64,000 bases of DNA from the NCBI GenBank assembly GCA_028534125.1, contig CM052816.1, positions 19,780,001-19,844,000 on the forward strand, written 5' to 3'. A program made the translations under genes and the position numbers. This DNA comes from Lama glama (lineage: Eukaryota). Below the pieces are notes generated by a model that did not search any database, was not told the origin of the DNA, and saw nothing but the letters and a program-made list of their open reading frames with translations. This document shows, one piece after another, positions 33,511-46,099 of this stretch (its first letter is position 1; each line of letters opens with the position of its first letter).

Positions 33511-36089
33511 GTTCTCAACAGGGAATAGACACGTATGGGCAGGAATCCTTGGGCCTCGGTCTGTATAAGACATCAGTGGTCTGATGCACAGCTTTAGGAT
33601 ACAGTGAGAATATGAGATACCACCCACCTCCAAGAGAACACTGGGTTGCCTCAGAAACCACCAAATATTGGCCATACCTCTAGGAGTTGGTACCTCATAG
33701 TTTGGTAACCCTTATGGACTTCAGGGCACCTTGAAATCCACAAGGATTACCAGCTCCTGCCTGGAACAGGTGTTATCCAGCCCATGCCTCCTTACTCCCT
33801 GATTGTACTGTACTCTGTTTGAGGCCAGGGACCACAACTTTCTCCACTTTGTATCTGCAGAAATATTTTTAGAATGAATAATAATCTTTAGCAGGTGTGT
33901 AGAGCTTGATACTTTTTCAAAACTCTTTAACATCTACTGTCATATTTGATTCTTTGTTCTTCTTTTTGGCTAGCCAGGATCTTAACCCGCTTCCTGTGAT
34001 GGGGAATTCCCCCCACTCTAAGGCAGAGCTCACTTCCCACCACAGAGGCTGAAAATACTGTGTGCACGTGTTTCCCAGCCTCATTGTGGCTGGGTAAGGG
34101 CCCATGACCCGGGCTCTGACAATCAGACACATGGGCTCTAGATTGTGACGCAGGAGCTAGTGGCCCAAAGGAGAGACACAGAGAGTTCTCCTTGGTGGTT
34201 ACCATGGGTGGAACAGGCTGGTGTTCCTAGGGTGGTGAAGATGGTGACACACGAGGGCATGGACCAGCCTGCATAGACTAGTGCATGGTGGTGGTGACAA
34301 CAGTGATGGCAGCAAGGTCCTGACTGAGAACTGCAGTGTGATCTGGGGCCTAGTTCGAAGCTCTATAGTCTGTTGGGCTGCTTCTCTGCTCTGCCCAGAG
34401 ATTCTCTGAGCTGCAGAATATCCTTATTATTTTCAGCTTCAATCAGTTTAGCTTAAGTCAATTAAGTAGATCTACTTAAGAGTCAATTTCTGTTGCTTGC
34501 AGCTAGAAACTGTTATAATCCTTGAGGCAAGACAACTGCATTGTTCCCTTTTCCAGATGGATAAATTGAGGCTTAGAGATTGGCCTAAGATCATGCAATG
34601 TGACAGTTTCTGTGTTGAGAACAAAACCCTGGACTAGGTGGGTCAGACCTAAAACTAGCGGGTGGGAACCCAGGCAAAGAAAAACTTTCTCACAAGTAGA
34701 GCTGTCCCACTTAGAAAGATGCCCCCTGTTACTGGAGGTATGCAGCTCTGAAGAGACTGAAGCGAAAGGCCAAGCAAGGTAACTCCAGTTCTCTTCGACT
34801 CACAGATTACACATGTTATCATCTGCCCAACTCCTGGTGAAGAGTGTTAAGGTGAAAACAACTCCTGATGCTAAAGCTTCAAGTCCCCACAATCTCTTTA
34901 CTAGCCTGCCCGTTTCTGGCCCAGGACACAATTCCTGCTAGTCCTGTGTCCCAGAGCAAAGTCATGGTGTTTACTGGCCTCCGTTACTTTAATGAAAAAG
35001 CCCCTACACCAAACAAATACAAGCACAGACATTTGCAACTAATTATGGTATTGCTGATCAGTCAAATTTCATTGCAAATTGCATGTTGAAATTGATAGTG
35101 GGAGAGTCATGAATAAACTGGTTGTCTGGAAAAGTGACACGAGCACACAGGACTAGATTAATAATTTAATTTAGACTCAGACAGACACTCTGAAGAAGAG
35201 GAAAAAGCAGATTAGCATTGCCCCAAGATTGTCTGTTTACCCATGTACCTCCTGCCAATGTGCCTTCTAAGGGAAGCTGATCCTCCTTTAGGATCCTCCC
35301 ACTTTGGGAGACCGCAGGGCGTTGAGTATTCCAGCCTTTAATTCTTGGTTTGCAAAATTGCAGCCTTGAGTGGTGTGGGGAGGGGAAGACTGCCCTATGT
35401 CCCATCCGCTGCTGAGAAGCCCACTCAGAAGGCTTCTTGGAGGACAGACTGTTGCAGTGAATGGCGCTCTCAGCCTCTCACTTGTGGGTACTGGGCTTGG
35501 GGGACATAACCCACTTTGAAAGCCCAGGTGGGTTCCCCAGGTCAGTTATGGCTCCAGAGGAGTAAGCCCAGTGAAGGTGGGAAAGAAACCAGAAGGACCT
35601 TACAGAGCTCCCCACTTGGCCTGGTGCCTTTTGGGTCCCAGAGAGCTATGAAGTCCAGAGGAGAGACAATCCCAGCTTGGCATGGAGGCCATAAGATGGA
35701 CGGGCAATGTTCTCAGGTTTGGGCCTTCCTGGAAAATCACTTAGTCCCTGAACCTGGGGAGGAAGGCAGGAAGCGTACACAGCTGTCTAGGGGCAGACAC
35801 CTATATGCATGTGAGATCCAGCCACAGTGGCCACTTGACCTAGCCAGGAGTGCTTTCCACTGAGCTGCTCAGCCATTCCACAGTGGAGAGTGAGTCACCC
35901 AGCCTGCAAAGTTCACTGAGCCACTGGCCCCCACTCCAACACCCCTCGCTCCATAGGCTTGTGCAGAGGGAAAGTCTTAATTTTCTTTCCCCATTTGGGG
36001 TTTAAAACTCAAATTTCCACAGGGAAGTGGTCCAGCTCTGGATTGGGCAGACTTGGCAAGCTTGGGCCTGATTGGAGGGGGTTAGCCAT

Positions 36090-37900
36090 GATTCAGCTTG
36101 AGGAGACTGCCTAGAGACAACATGAGTTGGAATTCAGAAAAAGATTTAGGCCAGGGATATAAATTTGGAAGTCAACAACTGAATTATATTTAAAGTCAGG
36201 ACACTGGAAGAAATTAACAGTGGAGTGAGTGGAGATAAGAGATCCAGGGACTGAGCCTTAGAGATGAGGCAGTGCCAGCAAAGGGGCCAGTAAAGGAGCA
36301 ACCAGAGGTTGGAGGGAAACCAGGGGAAGGTGGTGATGATCTGGGCACCAAGGAGGGAGAAATAAACTCTTAATTCTATGAACAGACAAGGAAAGTGAGG
36401 CTTGAGATTTAACATGGAGAATCCTTAACAAAGGCAGTCTTGCCATAGTGGTGGGGGCTGATGGGAGAGGAAGGAAGAGGGGAGAGGACTTGAAGGCAGC
36501 AAGAAGAGTCAATTCCTTCTGCAACTTGTGCCATAAAAAGGAGCAGAGAGATAGGGTGACAGGTTGAGGTGGATATAAGGCCAAGGTTTTTCCTTAAGAT
36601 AAAAAAAATTACAGTATTTTTGTGTGTTGATGGGAATAATGCTAGAGAGAGGGGAGTTTTGATGATGCAGGTGAGAAAGGGGATAAATGTTTAAGTCCTT
36701 GAGTAAACAGGTGGAGATGGCATCTGGTCACAAAAAAAGGGGGCTGTCCTTAAATAGGAGCACGGAAGGTTCATCCATATCAGTGAAATAGAAGGCAGAG
36801 CTGATGAGCACAGATGCAGGTGGGTGGGGGAAGTAGTGGTGGAGCCCATGGAACTTCTCTTCTATTTTCTTAGCAAACTAGGAAGAGGTTGTCAGCTGAA
36901 AGTGAGGTAGAGGGGGAGGTGTGAAGCAATGGGCTAGGAGAGACAGTGTGAGTAGATTTGGGGATGTAGTATGATTGCTGGGCAGCTTTTAGTTCTCACT
37001 TAGGGAGGGTTGGGATCATTAATTTAAAGTGAGGCTGGTCAGCTCAGTTGTGGGTTTTTCTTCAGTCCTGGGCAGCCTGTGGATGCAGCTGTAGAGTAGG
37101 TAGAGGGTTAAGTTTAATCAGGGATGTGGTTTTGCCAGGTGGCTATAGTGTACTTGAGGGGAAAGGGAGAGATTGTAATACTGGATCATGGACTCTGAGC
37201 TGGGTAAGGAGGGAAGTGGAGCATGATGGGGCAGGGGTGAGGAACAATGAACACTTGCTTGGTTCCTGGAGGAACTGTTGGATTAGGGGTACTAGAGGGA
37301 GTGAGCTGGAGAGAGAGAAGTATTTATCAGATGGAGAGTGGGATGCATGAAATTGAGATGATGAAAGCATTGCACTGATACATAACAACTAGTTTGAAGT
37401 TTGGATATGTGACTGAGAGGCTGAGGTATTGTGGAAGCTAAGATCATGAAGAGGAGACCAAGGGGTCTGTTCATCTACATGAATGCTGAAATAAAAAACT
37501 GAAGCAGGAGTCACCTTGGAGAGGGTGACTGTGGGCCAGGGGCTTAAATCTTTAAGGAATGATGAGGAGTGACCAGGAGGTCTATAGATGACTGCAAAAC
37601 GGAGGAGAAATGGGTGGTTTTGTCTGATGACATGGCTTTCCAACAGAGGTGTTTCTAAGGAGGAGGGCAAACTGTCCAGAAGTGGCACTGAGGAGCAAAA
37701 TGGGCACCTCCCACCCGTAGATCCAGGAAGATAAGGACCTTAAAAGTGAAAACAGCCACCACTTGAGAGGCTGCAGAGAGAGCAGAGTCCTTACAGCAGA
37801 GACAGTCTTCCATTAGATCAAGAACACAAAGGAGACATTTCAAAATGAGGTTAAAGATTACGGGAGAGTGCACAGATGCCAGACCATAAGTTTCAGCAAG
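36090..37900 (-). mobile_element. Long L2 LINE fragment including an endonuclease-domain remnant
   Basis: Minus-strand peptide ...ESHVIR...FAVIYRPPGHSSSFLKDLSPW (37389-37688) is typical of the L2/CR1 APE domain; the flanks are L2-like. Confidence 0.75.
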
Positions 37901-38259
37901 TCCAGTGAAGGGGTTTTGGACATGGTATAGGGTAGGCAATGGGGTCAAAGAGGAAACAGAGTCATATGGGGCTTAGACTCTTAAGGTGAGGGATGCTCTG
38001 ACAATTCTGAGCCTCTTTGGGGGACTGATATGAATAGGGATAAAGGGACTGATGAGAGCAGTCTGAGGGCCCAAGGCAGAGGGTGGTGGCCAGGCTGGGT
38101 GTGTAGGGAGGTGGAAGGAGAGAGTACTTTCCAGGAGCCCTCTTCACTCCTCCTGATGGTGGTAGGAAGGTTTGAGGAGGGGCAATCTTTCCAGAGCAGG
38201 TGATGCTCTGAGCTCCCTCTTTACTCCTGGGTAGGAATATTAATTGAAACACTCTTCAT

Positions 38260-39010
38260 AGAACTGATACTAAAACCAAAGACACATTAATGAAAGAGAA
38301 TTGTCCAGAAATAGACTTATATATGGCATAATAAATCTGTATATAATAAACGTGACCCTCAAAACAGTAGAGACAAAAAGCATAATTTTTTCCCTGGGAT
38401 ACCTGGTTAACTTTTTGAGGAAAAAAAAAAAACCAGATTCTAATCTTAAATCTTGTACTAAACGAATTCAGGAAAATTAAAAGGTTAGTGTAAAAACTGT
38501 GATATTAATGTAAAGATAGAAATAGACCCACACAATACTTGATGAACTGATTTTCAGCAAACAGTACCAAAGCAACTCAATGGGAAATAATCTTTCCAAC
38601 AAAAGGTGCTGAAACTATTAGATAGCTATATGCAACATAATGAACCTTGACTCTTACTCAAGCCATATACCATATACAAAAATTTACTTGATATGGATAA
38701 TAGGCCTGTGTGTATGAGCCATGTACAAAATTACATATACAAATATTATACAAAATGATATACAACTCAATTTAAAAATGGGCAAAAGAATTGAAGAAGA
38801 CTTTACCAAAGAAAATATTTAAATAACAATCACATGAGAAGATGTTCAACATCATTTGTCATTAGGGAAATACAAATTAAAACTACATGCTAAAAGGACT
38901 AGAATTTAAAGACTGAGCAAATTAAGTACTGGGAAGGATGGGATCAGTGGTTGCCCTGGAACGGATGGGTCTCAGAGGTACATAAGGAAACGTTGGGGGA
39001 TTATGGGTAT
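38260..39010 (+). mobile_element. Old L1 (L1MC/ME-like) ORF2 3' fragments
   Basis: aaatagacccacac...caacaaaaggtgctga...aaaatgggcaaaaga...cattagggaaatacaaattaaaact. Confidence 0.7.
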
Positions 39011-39069
39011 GTTGTAAGAACACAACAGAGTTTAGCCTCTCTTCAACTAATAGACATTTAGCTTGTTGC

Positions 39070-39543
39070 CAGTTAGGGCCTGTGGCAGATGCAAAGATGT
39101 GCCACCCAGATCCCTCCTCAAGGAAGGATTTGCTGTCCAGTTGCAGGGAGTGTGATCAGCAGAAACCTGCAGCTGACAGCTTCTTCAGGGTCCACAGAGC
39201 TTCAGAGAGTACCTTGGCAGCTTACATCGGTGACTGAACAAAGCAAGGATATAGAGGCTGGGCTTCCCAGAGCAGCTTACATCGGTGACTGAACAAAGCA
39301 AGGATATAGAGGCTGGGCCAGTTTCATCCAATATAGGACAATTCAGATGAAGAATATTTGCTCCAGAGTTCCCTACCAAGATGGCCTAGAATTCAATGAG
39401 TCTGCATCACAGTTTGACTTCTTCTATTCATTTCTGCTTCCTCTCCCGTCCTTTCATAGAGCCTATCCCTAATATTCCTAATAAATATCTTGTACTGCAA
39501 ACTGCATCTTGGTATCTGTTTCCTGGGAATCTGACCTAGGACA
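39070..39543 (+). mobile_element. ERVL solo LTR (LTR16-like) with an internal 47-bp duplication
   Basis: gtgccacccagatccctcc...ctccagagttccct...ctaataaatatcttgtac...tttcctgggaatctgacctaggaca. Confidence 0.75.
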
Positions 39544-39969
39544 GAGCTATTGTAACAGAGCTTCTATGATCATTCCTATAGGCACTCTTTTTTGTAGGAT
39601 ATTTGCCCTAGGAACAGAATTGCTGGGTCACAGAGTATGTTATTTTCAGCTTAACTGAATAATGCTGAACTGTTTTCCAAAGCAGTTGTACTACTTTATG
39701 TACATTTACATGGATGAATGTTTTCACTAATACTTGGTGTTGTGATTTTTAAATTTTAGTCTATTTGATTAGTGTGTAGTGTGTATCTCATCATGATTTT
39801 ACTATACAATTAGTGTGTAGTGGTATCTCATCATGATTTTAATTTGCATTTCCCTGATTACCAAAGAAGTTAAGCACTTTTAAAAAAATGTTACTGACCT
39901 TTGAGTTTCTTATTTTTCAAAGTGCCTATCTTTTGCCCATTTTCTTTTTCTTTTTGCCATGTTATTTTT

Positions 39970-40356
39970 TTTTAATTAAAGTATAGTTGATTTACAATGT
40001 TGTGTTACTTTCTTATGTACAACATGCTGACTCAGTTATACACATTTTTTCATGTTCTTTTTCATTATAGGTTATTACAAGCTATTGAATATCAGTCCCT
40101 GTGATATACAGTAGGACCTTCTTGTTTATCTATCTTATATACAGTAGTTTGTGTCTGCTAATCCCAAATTCATAATTTATCCCTCCCCACCCTTTACCTT
40201 TTTGTAACCATAAATTTGTTTTCTATCTCTGTGAGTTTGTTTCTGTTTTGTAAATAAGTTCATTTGTGTCATTTTTTTAGATTCCATGCATAAGTGATAT
40301 ATTTGTCTTTCTCTGTTTGATTTACTTCACTTAGTATGATAACCTCTAGGTACATA
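39970..40356 (-). mobile_element. Lineage-specific L1 3' end inserted in the older L1
   Basis: ttaattaaagtatagttgatttacaatgttgtg...tttcattataggttattacaag; degenerate TSD tgccatgttattttt / tgtcaggttattttt. Confidence 0.8.
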
Positions 40357-40439
40357 TGTCAGGTTATTTTTTAAATTATTATTTATTTGCTTTAAAACCA
40401 CTTTATTAAGGTAACATAAAAAAAGTTGTACATATTTAA

Positions 40440-40530
40440 GGAGCTGGGTGTAGCTCAGTGGTAGAGCACATGCTTAGCATGTGTGAGGTCCTGGGGTCTA
40501 TCCCCAGTACCTCCACTGAAAAAAGAAAAG
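40440..40530 (+). mobile_element. Short tRNA-Ala-derived SINE (Vic-1-like head plus A-tail)
   Basis: gtagctcagtggtagagcacatgcttagcatg...ccccagtacctcca followed by an A-rich tail; ~20-bp TSD aaaaag(t/c)tgtacatatttaa (40420-40439, 40531-40550). Confidence 0.85.
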
Positions 40531-42381
40531 AAAAAGCTGTACATATTTAATGTATACAACTTGATGAGTTTGACTTGTCCATTTTTTTATTAGGTTGTCT
40601 TTTATTATTAATTTTTTATGAGTTCTGTATATATTCTACATAAAAGCCCATAGTTAATTTTATCTGTTGCAATTATCTTTTGCTACTCCAGAGCCTGCCT
40701 TTCCACTCTCTTAAAGTCTTTAATAATAGAAATTTAATAAATAGAAATTCTTCATTTTATTCATCTTCCTTTTGTAGTATTGCTTTTTCTACTTTAAGAA
40801 AATTTTCCTTATCCAAGATTCTGAAGATATTATTCTACATTATCATTTTAAAACTTCACAATTTTTGCCTTTTATATTTAGGTCCACATGCCCCTGGAGT
40901 TGATTTTGGTGTATGGTGTGAGACAGGCATCCAATTTTATTCTTTTTTAATATGGATATCCAGTTGTTCCAGCCAAGTCTATTGAGAATCTTTTTGCCAC
41001 TGCTACACATGTCATCTCTGTCAAAAATCAAGCATCTGGATATGTGGATGTCTGTAACGATAATTTCCTCTCTATTCCATTGAATTGTCTATCCCCAAAT
41101 CAATGATGCACTGTCTTAATTACTATAGCTGTACAGTAATCTGGTTATGGCAATTCTTCTAACCTTGTTCTTCCTCTAGAATGACTTAGCTATTCTTGGC
41201 CTTTTGCATGTCCATATAAATTTAAAAATCATCTTGTCAAGTTCCACAAAAAAATCCCGATGCAGTTTTATTAGATATAAAATTGAACCAGTAGATCACT
41301 TTGGGAAGAACTGACAATTTCTGTAATACCGAGTCTTCCAATCCACGAACATCATATCTCCATTATTAAGATCTTTAATTTCTGTCAGTACCGCTTTCAT
41401 CTTTCTGCATTGGAGATTTTACTCAACTTTTATTAAATTTATTCCTAGTGATTTGGTATTTTTAAATGCTATTACAAATGCCATCCTTTAAAATTTTTCT
41501 CTTTGTTGCTGCTGTTAAATACATCGATTTTTTTAAAGTCCATGACACTTGCTGACCTCTCTTAATAACTCTAATTATCTGTAGATTATTTTTTAAAATT
41601 TCCTCTGAAGACTACTGTGCCATCTATAAATAATGGCAATTTTGTTTCTTCTTTTTCTAATATTTATTCCTTTTCTTTCTTCACTGTGGTGGCCAGAACC
41701 TCCAGTATAATGTTGAATAAAAGTGGTAGTAATTGGTATCTTTGTTTTGTTCCAATTTTCAAAGGGAAAATTTTCAGTGTTTCACCACTAAGTATGATGC
41801 TTGCATTAGTTATTTTTCAAAAGACAGCGTTTATAAAATTAAGGAATTTTCTTTCCAGTTCCAGTTTGGCAAAAAAAAATGTTTAAATTATTCATCCATT
41901 TAATTCAATGAATGTTGAGTTTTATCAAATGCTTGTGCTGCATCTGTTGAGAGAACCATAAGATTTTCCTTCTTTAGTCTTTTAATGTAATAGATCACAT
42001 TAATGTTTTTCAATATTAAAGAAACCTTGCATTCATAGGATTAATTATAACTTGGTCTTATGCACTATCCTTTTTATATGATGCTAAATCTTATTTAATA
42101 ATACTTTGTTTAGAGTTCTTATATCTATATTCATAATTGAGATTGGCCTTTAATTTTCCTACATTGATCTCTTCAGATTTGGGGGTCAAGGTCACATTAG
42201 TTCCATGAAATGAGCTGAGGAGGATAACTTTGGTTTTTTGGGAGTAGAAACTTTTAAACTTCTAGAAGAGTTTGTGTATGAGGGAAATTTTGTTTTCCTT
42301 GAATGTCCACTATAATTCACAGGTAAATTTATATAGATTTGGAGTTTTCCTTGTGGGAAGATTTTAAACTACTGAGTCAAT

Positions 42382-44211
42382 AAAATATCTAGGAATAGAC
42401 CTACCTAAAGAGGTAAAAGGTCTGTACTTGGAAAGCTGTAAGACACTGATGAAAGAAATTGAAGATGACACAAACAGATGGAAATACATAATGTGTTCAT
42501 GGGTTGGAAGAACTAATATCAATAAAATGACCACCCTATCCAAGGCAATCTACATAATCAAATCAGTGCAATCTCTATCAAAATACCAAGAGCATTTTTC
42601 ACAGAACTATAACAATTAATTTTAAAATTTGTATAAAAACACAAAATGCCCCAAATAGCCAAAACAATCTTGAGAAAGAAGAACAGAGCTGGAGGAATCA
42701 TGCTCCCTGACTTCAAACTATATTACAAAGCTACAGTAACCAAACAATATGGTACTGGCACAAAAACAGACATATATAGATCAAGGGAACAGAATAGAGA
42801 GCTCAGAAATAAACCCACAAACTTACGGTCAATTAGTCAACAACAAAAGATGCAAGAATATACAATGGAGAAAAGACAGTATCTTCAGTAAGTGGTGCTG
42901 AGTAAACTAGACAACTACATGTAAAAGAATGAAATTAGAACATTTTCTAACACCATATACAAAAATAAACTCAAAACTAATTAAAGACCTCAACGTAAGA
43001 CTATATACTCTAAAACTCCTAGAAGAAAACATGGGCATAACACCCCTTGACATAAATCAGAGCAATATTTTTTTGGACCTGTCTCCTAAAGCAAAGGAAA
43101 TAAAAGCAAAAATAAACAAATGGATGTAATTAAACTTAAAAGCTTTTGCACAGCAAAGAAAACCATCAACAAAATGAAAAGACAACCTACTGAATGGGAG
43201 AAAATATTTGCAAATGATATGACCGATAAGGGGTTAATATCCAGAATATACAAACAACTCATACAACTCAACATCAAAGAAACAACTCCATTAAAAAAAT
43301 GGGCTGAAGAGCTGAACAGACATTTTTCCAAAGAGAAAATGCAGATGGTCAACAGACACATGAAAAGATGCTCAATGTCATTAATCATCAGAGAAATTCA
43401 AATCAAAACCACAATGAGACCATCAATTGTCAGAATGGCTATCATCAAAAAGAACACAAATAACAAATGTTAGTGAAGATGTGGAGAAAAGGGAACCCTT
43501 GTATACTGTTGGTGGAGATGTAAATTGGTGCAGCCACTGGGGGAGCAGTATGGAGGTTTCTCAAAAAACTAAAAATAGAACTACCAAATGACCTAGCAAT
43601 TCCACTCCTGGGTATATATCCAAAAAGAAGTACTAATTCAAAAAATATGTGCACCCCAATGTTCACAGCAGCATAATTTACTATTGTCAATATATGGAAG
43701 CAACCTAAGTTTCCATCAACAGAAGAATGGATAAAGAAGTTGTGGTATATATACATATACAATGGAATACTACTCAGCCATAAAAAGAATGAAAATTTTG
43801 CCATTTGCAACAATATAGATGGACTGGGAGGGTATTATGCTAAGTGAAATAAATCAGACAGAGAAAGACAAATATTGTATATCACTTACATGTGGAATCT
43901 AAAAAATAAAACAAAATAGTGAATACAACAAAAAAAGAAACAGACTCAAAGATAGAACAAACTAGTGGTTACCAGCAGGGAGAGGGAATGGGGAAGAGGC
44001 AAGACGGGGGTACGGGACCAGGAGGTACAAACTATTATGCATAAAATAAGTAAGTTACAAAGATGTCATGTACAAAACAGGGAATATAGCCAATGTTTTG
44101 CAGTAACTATAAATGGAATATAATCTTTAAAAATTGTGAATCACTATGTGGTACACCTGTAACATGTAATACTATGCATCAATTATACTTCAATTTAAAA
44201 TAAATAAATAG
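42382..44211 (+). mobile_element. 5'-truncated L1 (~1.8 kb), ORF2 C-terminal half plus 3' UTR
   Basis: ORF2 peptides [28 protein letters not shown] and [29 protein letters not shown], with frameshifts; ~17-bp TSD taaa(c/t)tactga(g/t)tcaat (42365-42381, 44212-44228). Confidence 0.93.
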
Positions 44212-45465
44212 TAAATTACTGATTCAATGTCTTTAACAGTTATGAGACTATTCAGGTTTTCCATTCCTTCATGATCACTTTTGATAAATTACTATTTCTA
44301 GGGATTTTTCCATTTCATCTAAACTTTTAAATGTATTGGCATTAAGTTGTTCATAATATCTTCTTAGTATCTTTTAAATGTGTATGGGATCTCTAGTAAT
44401 GGCTCCTTCTTCATTCTTACAATTAATTATTCGTTTATTTGCCCTTTTTTATTAGTCTCACCAGAGTTTCATCAACTTTCTTATTTTTTTGAAAAATAAA
44501 GTTTAGTTAAAAAAATTCTACTGTATGTTTGGTTTCCATTTCATTAATTTCTTCTCTTATGTTTTTATTTCATTCTTCTAGTTTCTTTGTATATAAATTC
44601 CTGAAATGCATGTTTGGCTCATATTTTCAACAATTATTTTTAAGTATATACATTTAATGCTGCAGATTTTCTTCTAACTGCTACCTTAGGTACACTCACA
44701 AATTTGTATACATAATAGTTTCACTATTACATAGTTCTTTTTCTTAAGAATTTAGAGGAATCCTTTATATACTCTGGATACAAGCCATTTACTAACTATA
44801 TATTTTGTAAATATTTTCTCTTTCTCTGTATCTTGCTATTTCACTCTTGTAATAATATTTTGATGAACAGGAAATTTTCACTGGAGAATAATTCAATTTA
44901 TTCATTAATTTCATCTTTTTTTTTAGTTGTTTAGATTAATAAAATTTTTCCCTACCCTGAAATCATGAAAATATTCTCCTACATTATCTTAAAAAGCTTT
45001 TTATTTTTGCCTTTTCCAGCAAAATTTTATTTAAAATATAATAATTGCTGAAGCTCTGTAAAAAAACTGGCAGCGCACTGGAAGAATCTTACAAATGTTG
45101 ATCCCTCCCTTTTGACCCAAACATTCACTTCTAGGAATCAAGCCTAAGTAAATGATTCTTAGGAAATAATAACTCACTTCTAAGAAATAATTTTAAGACT
45201 ATTCATTGTAGCATAATATGTAATAATAATATTTTAAAATGAGTTAGATATGCAATAAAATAGGGCATATCTCTTATGAAATATTTTGTACCTACAGAAA
45301 AATCATTATGGGATTCTGAGATTTGCACATAAACTTTAACTATTACTTTACTTTGTAACAAGAAAATATGTACATACTGTAATTTTTAAAACCTAATAAA
45401 ATATTTTAAAATCACACTTTCAAAGAGCTTTAAATCACATATACTAATGCTCACAAAGTTAATTT

Positions 45466-45872
45466 TTTTATTGAGGTGAAATTCACATAACATAAAGATA
45501 ACCATTTAAAAATGAACAATTCAGTGGCATTTAGTACATTCACAATGTTGTGCAACCACCACCTCTAACTAGCTCCAAGCATTATCATCCCCGCAAAAAG
45601 AAACTCTGTACTCACTAAGCATTCCATACTCTCCATTTCACACTCTCCCCACCTCCCAAACACACAATCTCTAGCCCCTGGCAACCACCAATCTGCATTC
45701 TGCTTCTATGGATTTATCTTAAGCTATGGATATTTAGTATAATTGGACTCAGATGATATATGACCTTTTGTGTTTGGCTTTTTCACTCAGCATAATGTTT
45801 TTGAGGCTCATCCATGTTCTAGACTGTATCAGTAATTCATTTCTTTTTATGGCTGAATAATAGTCCATTGTA
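45466..45872 (-). mobile_element. L1MB-like 3' end
   Basis: ttttattgaggtgaaattcacataacata...ttcagtggcatttagtacattcacaatgttgtgcaaccaccacc; approximate TSD gctcacaaa...taattt. Confidence 0.8.
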
Positions 45873-46099
45873 GCTCACAAATGTAATTTCAACATTAAAA
45901 AAAGCAAAACAGCATACCAAACCCCATATAGAGTATGATGCCAATTTTGTATTTTAACATGCATAAGCAAAGGAAAAATGGGGAGGAAATACACTTAAAT
46001 ATTAATAGTAGTTACCTCTACCTAGTGGGATTATGAGTAATTTTAATTTCAGTTATATGTTTCTGTATTTTCTTATTTTTGCAATATGAAAAATACACC

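Larger units (their letters stand above)
39545..45020 (-). mobile_element. Old antisense L1 (ORF2 region) carrying nested younger insertions
   Basis: Reverse-strand L1 ORF2/3' sequence (tggtatctcatcatgattttaatttgcatttccctgat; tccagtataatgttgaataaaagtggt) resuming after each insertion. Confidence 0.8.

Noticed and set aside
40440..40516. Functional tRNA-Ala gene
   Set aside because: The B box/T-arm is mutated (ggggtctatcc), and the A-rich tail and flanking TSD indicate a retroposed SINE; there is no T-run terminator.
42428..43473. Active retroelement or novel reverse-transcriptase gene
   Set aside because: Frameshifted fragments of an ordinary 5'-truncated L1 ORF2.
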